Assembly: GCA_021161255.1 (NCBI GenBank)
Contig: JAGHAZ010000037.1
Span: forward strand, 17,666 to 81,665
Origin: Candidatus Bathyarchaeota archaeon
GTDB lineage: Archaea > Thermoproteota > CALKCG01 > B24
DNA length: 64,000 nt
Reading direction: 5' to 3'
Shown here: positions 20,586 through 28,702 of the stretch, piece after piece
Layout of the letters: each line of letters starts with the position of its first letter
Position numbering within the stretch: position 1 is the stretch's first letter
Program-made: the position numbers and the translations under genes
Notes under the pieces: model-generated
What the model was told of the DNA's origin: nothing
What the model saw: only the letters and a program-made list of their open reading frames with translations
Databases searched by the model: none

Positions 20586-21422
20586 CTATTTCTTCAGTGG
20601 CTTCGCCTCGTATTCACAGTACGGGTCTCCCGCAGCTATGCATTTGAGTTCTATACTATTCATTCTAACTCTGTATAGGCTTGTTAAAATGCCGTCTAGC
20701 ATCCCGCGTAGCATGAAACTAGAGGGCTTCCCCCTCGTCTTCATCGCTTCGCATTCAAACCCTCTGTAGACTCTAGCACGAAGATAGGGTGGCTCATCCT
20801 TCATATCAAGAACCTCTATGAGACTGAAGCCTAGAGCTTGAGCAAGCGGCACCGTCACAGTCTCGAAGACCTCTTTAGGCTTGCTGAGACCGAGCATCTC
20901 GGCAAGGTTTCTATGACTTTGCCCATACCCAAGACCTATGTTGAACCCCACATGATAGAGCAAGGCGCTTCCAGCCTCATCGCCTATTCTTCTCCGAATC
21001 TCCTCGAAAAGCGCCTTATAACCGGACTCTCTGAAGATCACAAGCCTCTCCTCGCCTATCGTTATGGGAAAACTAGATAGGTCTACCACGAAGCTGTTCG
21101 ACACAGGCGGAATCACCGTCATCTTTTTAACAAAAGGTAGTCTCCGAAGCCTTTCCAAAAGTTCCTCCGGTCTCGTTTGAGAGTCCGTAAAATCTATGAA
21201 GACTACACCCCTTATAGAGCCGATCTCCCTTGGGGTTGAGTAAGAAATGTAAACGATCATCGTATTAAGCTCCCTAGCTATCGCCGCCATCCTCTCAAGC
21301 ATCCCGGGAGCAGGCGTAGAAACCTCTATAGAAATTCCGTAAATCTTTCTTCTAGGTAGGTGTAGAAACCTCCCGACGTCGAAAGGTTTAAGCCTAGAAA
21401 AAGCCTCGTAGCCCATTACCAA
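20586..21422 (-). CDS. V4R-domain-containing protein
   Basis: C-terminal 'FMLRGMLDGILTSLYRVRMNSIELKCIAAGDPYCEYEAKP' resembles the V4R (4-vinyl reductase) domain Cys pattern. The N-terminal ~150 aa is unassigned. Confidence 0.55.
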   Translation of the reverse strand: MVMGYEAFSRLKPFDVGRFLHLPRRKIYGISIEVSTPAPGMLERMAAIARELNTMIVYISYSTPREIGSIRGVVFIDFTDSQTRPEELLERLRRLPFVKKMTVIPPVSNSFVVDLSSFPITIGEERLVIFRESGYKALFEEIRRRIGDEAGSALLYHVGFNIGLGYGQSHRNLAEMLGLSKPKEVFETVTVPLAQALGFSLIEVLDMKDEPPYLRARVYRGFECEAMKTRGKPSSFMLRGMLDGILTSLYRVRMNSIELKCIAAGDPYCEYEAKPLKK

Positions 21423-21531
21423 TTAAACGACGACCACACTATATAACTGTGATGTCACACCTCTACCCCTTCGATCGGGACACACAAAAATCACCCCCGT
21501 GTAATCCAATCCTACCGACATCGGGAACGTT

Positions 21532-21574
21532 AACGTACAATTTTATTCATCCATTTATAAACAAAAAAATCCCC
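21532..21574. repeat. Copy A of a ~41-43-nt dispersed repeat (partner at 51048..51088)
   Basis: aacgtacaattttattcatccatttataaacaaaaaaatcccc versus aacgtacaattctgttcatccacttataaacaaaaatccct. Same orientation, 3 transitions plus a 2-nt A-run indel. Contains a TATA-like TTTATAAAC. Confidence 0.8.
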
Positions 21575-21839
21575 GGCAGAGAACGATCTCAACAGCCATT
21601 CAGACCATAGAACCAACATAACCTCTGGTTCATCAGTATTCGATGCTCAACGAGTTGAACGACTCTACGTCCAGCTATTAAGTAGCTACCCTTTTCCTTC
21701 CTTAATGAAGTGATAGGCAGCACCGTGTAGACCGAGCGACTCCTCATAGACCTCGACAATGCCTGACCCATACAATTCCATCATCTATGCTTCGGTTCTG
21801 CGAGTCTCTGCAAGTTGGATAAGGATATATGTGCAGTCT

Positions 21840-22217
21840 CTAACTTCGATCCCTTACTTCTCCAGCCTGATCTTCTAAGGCTCTTCTCACAGCCTCTAGG
21901 AAGGCTTCTAGCGAAGGAGTTTCCAGGGGTTCGACTCTTCCACCTACGTGTTTGTGGTGGGGGAAGGTTCGGATGTCTGGATGATGTCGAGCGTTGTTCC
22001 ATCCTTCCGATACCTCTCCCTCCACGATGCGGTAGTAGCTGTAGGCTTCGAGCCTCCCGCGAACCCAGATCTCGCGGATGTAGAGTGTGCTCGCATCCCT
22101 GAGGTTCAGCTTAAGCCTGAGTACGGCGACTCCGGGCCTCTCGACGAGGCTGAACTCCTCGACAGAAGCGATTATATCACTATACCTTTCCAGTAAGCTT
22201 TCTAAGCGTTCTCTCAA
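21840..22217 (-). CDS. DUF6516 / TumE-like family protein (putative toxin component)
   Basis: 'GWNNARHHPDIRTFPHHKHVGGRVEPLETPSLEAFLEAV' matches my recollection of the DUF6516 'DNAPHH...FPHHKH' core. Confidence 0.55.
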   Translation of the reverse strand: MRERLESLLERYSDIIASVEEFSLVERPGVAVLRLKLNLRDASTLYIREIWVRGRLEAYSYYRIVEGEVSEGWNNARHHPDIRTFPHHKHVGGRVEPLETPSLEAFLEAVRRALEDQAGEVRDRS

Positions 22218-22491
22218 GCCCCTTGAGCTCCTCCTCGACAGACTTCCTCACCTCTACCAGCGCCTTCCACTCGAACCATACCTCATGCGCCTCGAAGGAG
22301 TCCCCCATCGTCCGCTCGTACTCCTCGATAGACGCACCATGCTTGGACTCGAACTCCCTTATCCTCTCCTCGATCCTCCTAAGCTCGCCGAGAAGCTGTC
22401 TCCTACGTCTCGCGACGACCTCTAAGGCTACGGCTTTGGCTAGGGCAGGGTTCTCGGACAGGAGCTCCTCTATAGCCTCCATGGGAACCAC
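22180..22491 (-). CDS. Coiled-coil protein, putative partner of the DUF6516-like gene
   Basis: 103 aa, helical and charged (RRRRQLLGELRRIEERIREFESKH...). 38-nt overlap with the downstream DUF6516-like gene. No family recognised. Confidence 0.35.
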   Translation of the reverse strand: MVPMEAIEELLSENPALAKAVALEVVARRRRQLLGELRRIEERIREFESKHGASIEEYERTMGDSFEAHEVWFEWKALVEVRKSVEEELKGLERTLRKLTGKV

Positions 22492-22812
22492 AACGTAAAG
22501 TATTCGACGGGATAGATATAAGCCTAGCCAAGCATTAATCGCCGTTGCAGAGGTTATAGATTCTCTCCGCCACAGGCGGTTGCCGCGTCCTCGGTAGTAA
22601 ATACCACTTTATCCCTTCTTATCCCGCCTTTCTAAGAAACTATTGGACCGGGCGTACGGTAAACTCCGCCTCTACATACTTGGTCTCCTTTGATAGCTCT
22701 AGGTCCATTGTCACCCTAGCTTCCCTCTTCAGATAGTCGTGAACATCCATCCCGCAAGGCTCCCAAGGCTCTAGGCTTTAAGAGAACCACCCAGAAACCT
22801 GTGAGGGTTCGG

Positions 22813-22899
22813 CGCCGGGGGTGGGATTCGAACCCACGAGGGCCCGGAGGGCCCACAGGCTCTCAAGGCCTGCGCGTTTGTCCGCTCCGCAACCCCGGC
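22813..22899 (-). tRNA. tRNA-Ser (anticodon UGA), class II with long variable arm
   Basis: Reverse complement folds as GCCGGGG-TT-GCG(GAGCGGACAAA)CGC-G-CAGGC(CTTGAGA)GCCTG-T-GGGCCC(TCC)GGGCCC-TC-GTGGG(TTCGAAT)CCCAC-CCCCGGC-G. Discriminator G; no encoded CCA. Confidence 0.9.
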
Positions 22900-22930
22900 T
22901 TTGTTAGACGAGTTGATCCATGTTTGCCGT

Positions 22931-23398
22931 TTATTTTAGGGTTTCCTCTAGAAGCTTGGCTATGGTTTTGCAGAACTCCTCGTATTCATCTGTCTGGAAT
23001 ATGTCCTCGGTCGTTATCCTCTCGGCTACCTCCTCCACCCTCTCCTCACCCAGCATGTTCTTAGCCGCCTCTATGTTGCAGCGTTCCAGCAACGTTTGGA
23101 TCCCCCTCTCGCTGAGGGCTCTGACGACGACATCCGCGATCATCTTCTGAATCCTAAGCTCCCTAGAAGCCCCCTCTAATATCGCGCCTATGGCTATATC
23201 GGCTACTAGAGAACCGAAGACGTAGGGAGGTATCTGATCCATAAGCCTTCTGACTTCATCCTTCCCTATGCCTCTCTTCTTCATAAGGCTCCTAAGCTCG
23301 TTCCTAACGTTCTTAAATCCTTCATCATACTCCATGAGCTCCCTAAGCGTCCTCCTCAGCGCGTTTAGAAACACCTTCTCGAAGGCGGAGACCGACAT
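22931..23398 (-). CDS. Hypothetical helical protein (155 aa)
   Basis: Long ORF with host-like codon usage and no competing ORF of equal quality. No motif recognised. Confidence 0.45.
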   Translation of the reverse strand: MSVSAFEKVFLNALRRTLRELMEYDEGFKNVRNELRSLMKKRGIGKDEVRRLMDQIPPYVFGSLVADIAIGAILEGASRELRIQKMIADVVVRALSERGIQTLLERCNIEAAKNMLGEERVEEVAERITTEDIFQTDEYEEFCKTIAKLLEETLK

Positions 23399-23504
23399 GC
23401 TCTCTTTAAGGAGAGAACTTTAAAGTCAATATAAGCCTTCCTAATCTATCTACGAGATCCTGACGTTCAAGAAGACCTCTGTTAAAAAATTTTAGTAATC
23501 ATCG

Positions 23505-23831
23505 CTACCAGAATACGGTCTCGGTCTTTTCCCCTCTCAAGACAGCCTCCGTCTCATCAGGCTCAAGAGTCTTCCTGACGCCTAGTTTGAAGTGCCAGTC
23601 GAAGGCCGCCCATCTAACAAGCTTAACCCGTTTACCCTCAAGCTCCTTAGGTAGCTTCTCTTCAGGGGTTCTTTTAGAAAAACCCACAAGTCTGACCGTG
23701 TATATACACTTCTCCCATTCGATGCCCTTTTCATCAACCATCTTCTCCCCCGTTTTCTCGACCGACTCAACTATGCCTTGAAGCTTTCTAACCTTCGTAA
23801 CCCGCACGTCTAACATCCTCCTCGACATCAA
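23505..23831 (-). CDS. Hypothetical protein (108 aa)
   Basis: Isolated ORF with a charged, beta-rich-looking sequence. No motif recognised. Confidence 0.4.
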   Translation of the reverse strand: MMSRRMLDVRVTKVRKLQGIVESVEKTGEKMVDEKGIEWEKCIYTVRLVGFSKRTPEEKLPKELEGKRVKLVRWAAFDWHFKLGVRKTLEPDETEAVLRGEKTETVFW

Positions 23832-23919
23832 ACTATTATATAGTTATGATAGTTAAAACATTATACGTGCCTTAAAGGGCTTTACTTATTAGCGGTTCAG
23901 ACCATCAGGAGGCGTAAAG

Positions 23920-24837
23920 ATGTTTAAGTTCGACAGAGACCAAGCTATATTCGAGATAGCGGGTGTCAGGGTCGGCGGTCAACCCGGTCAACTACCGCCC
24001 GTTATGATAGGTAGCATATTCTATAAAGGGCATAAGATCGTCCTAGACGAATCCAGAGGGGTTTTCGACAAGGCTAAGGCTGAGAAGCTCCTTAATAAAG
24101 AAGCAGAGGTCTCGGAGGAGACTGGTCTTCCGAGGATAATAGATGTCGTAGGACATACCGCCGAAGCCCTAATGAGGTTCGTAGACTTCGTAGCCGATAA
24201 GACCGACAGCCCCTTTCTGATAGATGGAGTTACTGCAGACGTTAGGATACCCGTCGTCAAGCATATAGCTGAGGTGGGGCTGTCCGACAGGGCCATCTAC
24301 AACTCGATAGACCTAAACTATCGACAAGAGGAGATAGAAGCCATCAAAGACGCCGGTTTGAAAGCCGCGGTTCTCCAGCTTTACAACCCCAGAAACCCGA
24401 CACCTAAAGGACGTTTAAAAGTGCTGACAGAGCTAAACGGTAAACCAGGTCTACTTGAAGCGGCTAAGGATGCCGGAGTCGAGAAGCCTCTAGTAGACGC
24501 GTGTGTCCTAGACATGCCAGACATAGGGTTAGCGTCTCAAACAGTCTATGAGGTCAAGGCTGAGACCGGTCTCCCGGCCGGCTGTGGACCGGCCAACGCT
24601 ATATCTATGTGGAAACGACGTAAAAAGATGGAACCGGGTGTTTTCAGATGCTGCAACTCCGTTTCACAGGCCCTGCCGATAATGATGGGAGCGGACTTCA
24701 TACTGTATGGTCCTATCTCACATGCAAGGTACATATACCCGGCCTGTGCTCTAGCCGCCAGCTATGTGGCATATAATATGCGTTTCAAAGGAATTAAAGT
24801 GGATAGGAGACATCCGTTGTTTAAGATGTTCAGGTGA
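23920..24837 (+). CDS. mtrH: MtrH-family methyltransferase (tetrahydromethanopterin S-methyltransferase subunit H-like / pterin:corrinoid methyltransferase)
   Basis: N-terminus 'MFKFDRDQAIFEIAGVRVGGQPGQLPPVMIGSIFYKGHKIV' closely parallels the canonical MtrH N-terminus. 305 aa fits MtrH size. Confidence 0.8.
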   Translation: MFKFDRDQAIFEIAGVRVGGQPGQLPPVMIGSIFYKGHKIVLDESRGVFDKAKAEKLLNKEAEVSEETGLPRIIDVVGHTAEALMRFVDFVADKTDSPFLIDGVTADVRIPVVKHIAEVGLSDRAIYNSIDLNYRQEEIEAIKDAGLKAAVLQLYNPRNPTPKGRLKVLTELNGKPGLLEAAKDAGVEKPLVDACVLDMPDIGLASQTVYEVKAETGLPAGCGPANAISMWKRRKKMEPGVFRCCNSVSQALPIMMGADFILYGPISHARYIYPACALAASYVAYNMRFKGIKVDRRHPLFKMFR

Positions 24838-25730
24838 CATCCGTGGCTCTACCCAAGTTCAAGTCCCCACCTGAGGCTTATTGCACGTGTCCACCTAAAT
24901 TTAACATCAACCCGTATCTCGGCAGATGCGGACATGGATGCCTATACTGCTACTCGGTTAAATTCCCAGCCTTCAGAGGTGAAGTTAAACCCAGGTTTGA
25001 ACTTTTGGAGAAGCTTAAACGTAGAAAACGTCTGGCTAAGGTTAAACTACCGGTAATGCTCAGCGACTGCACAGACCCGTACCAGCCTATCGAAAGAAAG
25101 ACCTTGATGACTAGAAAGATACTAGAGGTTTTGGTCGACAACGGTTTTCCCATGCTTATAGTATCGAAGTCTGACCTAGTGGTTAGAGACATAGACCTGC
25201 TAACCAAGACGCCTACCGTGGTTACACTTACGGTCACCTCTCTAGACGAGGGGTTCACGTCGCTCATGGAGCCCGCTGCACCCAAACCTTTGAAACGAAT
25301 CGAGGCCTTAAGGAGGCTGTCGAAAGCGGGCATACCGGTCGGAGCTAGAATAGACCCGATAATACCGGGTTTAAACGATGACCCCAGGGAGCTTAAAGAA
25401 CTGATCGAAAATCTGGCGTCTTCAGGCGTCAGACATGTAACCGTCTCGACGCTTAAACCCGTAAGAGGCTTCTTCAAGACACTTAAGAGGCTTGATCTAG
25501 ACCTCTACTATAGGCTTAGAAACGTCTACTCACAGGGAAGGTGGATACACGGATACAAGTATCTCCCAGAAGACTACCGCCATAGGATAGTCAAGATGCT
25601 AAGGTCTATGGTTCTAGAATATGGAATGAGTTTCGCATCATGCAGAGAAAACCTAGCCGGTCTAAACACGGATATATGCGATGGTACAGGTCTTATAAGG
25701 AAAACGCTTTATAGTCGCTCTCTCGTCTAA
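24834..25730 (+). CDS. Radical SAM protein, SplB/COG1533-like (Elp3-type core, no SPASM)
   Basis: 'NPYLGRCGHGCLYCYS' gives the CX3CX2C cluster motif in the context typical of SplB-like radical SAM proteins. GTG start overlaps the mtrH stop by 4 nt. Confidence 0.8.
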   Translation: MTSVALPKFKSPPEAYCTCPPKFNINPYLGRCGHGCLYCYSVKFPAFRGEVKPRFELLEKLKRRKRLAKVKLPVMLSDCTDPYQPIERKTLMTRKILEVLVDNGFPMLIVSKSDLVVRDIDLLTKTPTVVTLTVTSLDEGFTSLMEPAAPKPLKRIEALRRLSKAGIPVGARIDPIIPGLNDDPRELKELIENLASSGVRHVTVSTLKPVRGFFKTLKRLDLDLYYRLRNVYSQGRWIHGYKYLPEDYRHRIVKMLRSMVLEYGMSFASCRENLAGLNTDICDGTGLIRKTLYSRSLV

Positions 25731-25744
25731 TCCTTCGAAACATT

Positions 25745-26485
25745 ATGCGGTCTACTGGTAAAGCCTTAGCTTTGCTTATAATGACGTTGACGTTTCAAAC
25801 GTTTACCCTATCCGCCATCGGAGACGATGTATATAATGGATGGATAAAGAAAGGAGTGTATGCTAAATACGTGGGAAACGTAACTTACGTAACTCAGCAA
25901 GGGGTCTTATCTTCGGAGGGCTACATGAGATGGGAGATAATCCAGATAACGACCGATAACTACGCGATAGTGAACATGACTTTAACGGTTCTCAAAGATG
26001 AAGCTACGTCGTCAACCGTCATTAAAATAGACCTCGAGAGAAACGTGATAGTAGAAGTAGACGGTAGGAGGGTGTTCAACGTCACCAATTATCTATGGAT
26101 AAACTTTAAGCCCTCCATAGGGCAGGTTTACCAGCTGGAGAACTTAACGGCTAGGGTCGTAGACGTCGAGAGACGCAATTTGATGGGGGTCGAAGTAGAA
26201 TGCTATGTTATGAACGTGACGTTCAAAACGGCGAACGTAACGGGCTCCATAAAAAGAGCCTACGATGCAGATACAGGAGTGATGGTCGCCGCAGAATCAT
26301 ATGTTCGATACCTAACCGTGAACGGTGAAGTTGACCATGAGTGTCACGCTAACATAGTTCTTAAAGAGTCGAACATTCCAAGGTTCCAACACAGCGACGG
26401 TCTGCCGGAGAGATTCGCTAAAGCAATAAGCTTACTTACATTACTTATGTTAATGGTCTATATTCTCTCTAGGAGGGTCTTGTAA
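25745..26485 (+). CDS. Secreted, C-terminally membrane-anchored protein, N-glycosylation-sequon rich
   Basis: Signal-like N-terminus 'ALALLIMTLTFQTFTLSAIG' and C-terminal TM 'AISLLTLLMLMVYIL'. Sequons NVT, NMT, NVT, NLT, NVT, NVT. Confidence 0.55.
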   Translation: MRSTGKALALLIMTLTFQTFTLSAIGDDVYNGWIKKGVYAKYVGNVTYVTQQGVLSSEGYMRWEIIQITTDNYAIVNMTLTVLKDEATSSTVIKIDLERNVIVEVDGRRVFNVTNYLWINFKPSIGQVYQLENLTARVVDVERRNLMGVEVECYVMNVTFKTANVTGSIKRAYDADTGVMVAAESYVRYLTVNGEVDHECHANIVLKESNIPRFQHSDGLPERFAKAISLLTLLMLMVYILSRRVL

Positions 26486-27302
26486 AGACTGTCCTTAAAA
26501 ACACGTCTAAAACTAAAGGAAGAATTCCTACTACGACTGCTTTGTCCTTGGGTAGCTCGGTTATATAGTATACTATCAATATTCCGAGCAGATATACCCA
26601 TAGGTCAAATCCATACGCCATGTACGTCATAACCTTCGAGACCGGTAGGTTTTCCCATGTTCTTCTGCTAGCTTCACTGAGGGCTAAAGCAATGTGTTTG
26701 TAATTCTCATTAAGCAGGAGGAGGGTTGCAGAAGAGCTTAATGCGAGAATGTCGTCTCTAACGGTCGTGTATACGTTGACTGGAGGGAGGAAATATAGCG
26801 CGAACACAATCTCCACGGCTTTCCTGAGAATATAAACGCTGAAGGAATATACGGTAGCTATCAGCAGGTTTGTAAAGCTTCTCTCCCCCCTTAAGAGCCA
26901 TGCAGAAAGATAGTAAAGTAATACGCTCTTGAATACCATATAGGCCATATAGATAATAAACGTCATCGCAAGCGTGTATAGAGTATAAACGTTCATCGGA
27001 GGAAGACCTGCTTGAAGCTGATACCACTGTGGATTCTTCACAACATAGAGCTTCGTCTTATAGGTGTAGAGTACATACCTGTTGGTTAAATCGAGAGCCG
27101 TTACGATGGCTAGTACAAGTACAGGACCACCTAAGTCGGGGTTTTCAGCTATCTCACTAAACGCTCGAAAGGGATGCACTATAACTAATCCCATTCTCCT
27201 AGATACTTCTTTAAACCAAAGCACGATCGCCTGAATTATGAAGAAGCTTCTGCCCCTAGACGGCTTCTTACGTCTACGGGGTTTCTTGCTTAACTTCTTC
27301 AC
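26469..27302 (-). CDS. Polytopic membrane protein with highly basic N-terminus (Yip1-domain-like?)
   Basis: 'KKLSKKPRRRKKPSRGR' is followed by at least 5 hydrophobic helices. 'HPFRAFSEIAENPDLGGPVLVLAIV' is reminiscent of the Yip1 domain entry. Last gene of a 3-gene minus-strand operon. Confidence 0.4.
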   Translation of the reverse strand: MKKLSKKPRRRKKPSRGRSFFIIQAIVLWFKEVSRRMGLVIVHPFRAFSEIAENPDLGGPVLVLAIVTALDLTNRYVLYTYKTKLYVVKNPQWYQLQAGLPPMNVYTLYTLAMTFIIYMAYMVFKSVLLYYLSAWLLRGERSFTNLLIATVYSFSVYILRKAVEIVFALYFLPPVNVYTTVRDDILALSSSATLLLLNENYKHIALALSEASRRTWENLPVSKVMTYMAYGFDLWVYLLGILIVYYITELPKDKAVVVGILPLVLDVFLRTVFTRPS

Positions 27303-27735
27303 GCTCCTTGAGCGTCGAAAGCTTTCTAGGGATGAAGCTTATGAGGCCTTTCTTCATCAATGTGTCGAAATAGCTTGCTAGAGAAAGCTCCGCCTCTCTC
27401 CTATGCATTTTATAGGTCTTCACAAGGTCTTTGACTATATCCCCGAACGTATGCTCGCCGTCGCATAGATTCCACACATGAGAACCCATTTTATCGAGTA
27501 TTATCTTCTTCTTTTTCTCACCCTTATCTATACGAGCCATCAAGCCTCTCCGTTTAACGGTCATTATAATAGCCACCTCACCGCTCTTATACCTACGCCA
27601 TTCTATAGCCGGGTTTCTTATGGGAACTAGACCTAGCACCGCGTCTCTATCGATCGACGGGGGAGCCTTAGCCTTCTTTCTACCGAAGATTTTGGATAAC
27701 GCTTCGGGTATTTTCAAACCTAAACCTCCAAGCAA
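27274..27735 (-). CDS. PqqD-family (RRE-like) protein
   Basis: 'KIILDKMGSHVWNLCDGEHTFGDIVKDLVKTYKMHRREAELSLASYFDTLMKKGLISFIP'. N-terminal 'VPIRNPAIEWRRYKSGEVAIIMTVKRRGL' parallels 'VAVRNPELEWGYEPTGEMSVIVRRRGL' of 18327..18731. Confidence 0.6.
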   Translation of the reverse strand: MLGGLGLKIPEALSKIFGRKKAKAPPSIDRDAVLGLVPIRNPAIEWRRYKSGEVAIIMTVKRRGLMARIDKGEKKKKIILDKMGSHVWNLCDGEHTFGDIVKDLVKTYKMHRREAELSLASYFDTLMKKGLISFIPRKLSTLKEREEVKQETP

Positions 27736-27741
27736 TTTATA

Positions 27742-28659
27742 TTATGGGCATATCGAGAATAATAATCTTTCCAACCTACTTCTCATCTTCTCGGCTTCAG
27801 AGCCCTTACGGATGATCATAGTAACCGCGTAGACTTTGTTAGCCACCTTGCAAAGCCAAACTCTGGTTTTAACGAAGAACTCTTTAGGCATAAAAATCCC
27901 TGATTTATAGGATGTAGTCATGATAAAGCCTTCATGACGGTCATCGCCAAATCTTCTAACACGCTTAAATTTGGGTATTTTAAACCTTTTTCGGATATCG
28001 GGTAAATGTTCTTCTTCCAACAATTTTCTGAGGTCGTCGTCATACTTCTCTGGAAGCACTACGTTAGCCATACCTATCCTGTTTATAAAAATAGCCGAAT
28101 CCTTAGATTCGAACAAGAGGGCGATCTTACCCACCTTATAAGTCCTATGTTCAAGTCTGAAGATCTTAGGAAGCTTCAGGGTCAAGTCTAAAGCCGTCCA
28201 CGTATATAGGTTGCTTCCAATATGACATTTAAACGATTTCAAGATCTCTGTGATAACACCCTTAAAACTCCAATATTCATCTTGTTTGAAAAAAATCTGC
28301 AATCTATAAAGTCTTTGACTTTTGTCACAATACCAAATTATCAAGTAGCCCTCATCGCCGTCGATCCTCCAACGGATTCTTCTCGCTGTATGTCCATGAA
28401 TTCTCATAGACCTATCTTTACCTATAAATCGAACGTTTTTATCTTTTTTTCTCAAATACTTCTTTGCATCCTCTACGATATCGTTCAACGGTTTAACCTT
28501 ATCTTCCTTATATCGCTCCCATGAAACCTCTAACCTTGGAAATTTCAAACCATCTAACCTGATGTATCCTTTATCAAAGCTTCCTCTATCTATACTCATA
28601 TCCCAGTCTTCAGGTACCTTAAGCTCGAAGCCGCTCCATCCGAACGTCTTGAAGACCAT
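27742..28659 (-). CDS. Hypothetical protein with two similar ~150-aa halves
   Basis: 305 aa in an AT-rich gene. The halves open with 'GFELKVPEDWDM...' and 'LDLTLKLPKIFRLE...'. No family recognised. Confidence 0.5.
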   Translation of the reverse strand: MVFKTFGWSGFELKVPEDWDMSIDRGSFDKGYIRLDGLKFPRLEVSWERYKEDKVKPLNDIVEDAKKYLRKKDKNVRFIGKDRSMRIHGHTARRIRWRIDGDEGYLIIWYCDKSQRLYRLQIFFKQDEYWSFKGVITEILKSFKCHIGSNLYTWTALDLTLKLPKIFRLEHRTYKVGKIALLFESKDSAIFINRIGMANVVLPEKYDDDLRKLLEEEHLPDIRKRFKIPKFKRVRRFGDDRHEGFIMTTSYKSGIFMPKEFFVKTRVWLCKVANKVYAVTMIIRKGSEAEKMRSRLERLLFSICP

Positions 28660-28702
28660 CCACCTAAAGTTTAATTAACGAAAGTTGAGAATAAGTTTTT
28701 AG

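Noticed and set aside
21497-21510. 8-nt match (CACCCCCG) to the tRNA-Ser 3' end as a possible att remnant
   Set aside because: The match is too short, and it is in inverted rather than direct orientation relative to the tRNA.
21686-21784. 32-codon minus-strand ORF (MMELYGSGIVEVYEESLGLHGAAYHFIKEGKG), and a 36-codon ORF at about 22640-22750, as genes
   Set aside because: Both look protein-like but are too short to support without homology evidence. They are mentioned only as possible remnants in the tRNA-Ser flank.
22801-23064. Tracked 87-aa ORF on the plus strand
   Set aside because: It is antisense to and overlaps the well-folded tRNA-Ser and the 155-aa minus-strand gene. Its Pro/Arg/Gly-rich composition reflects the GC-rich tRNA DNA.
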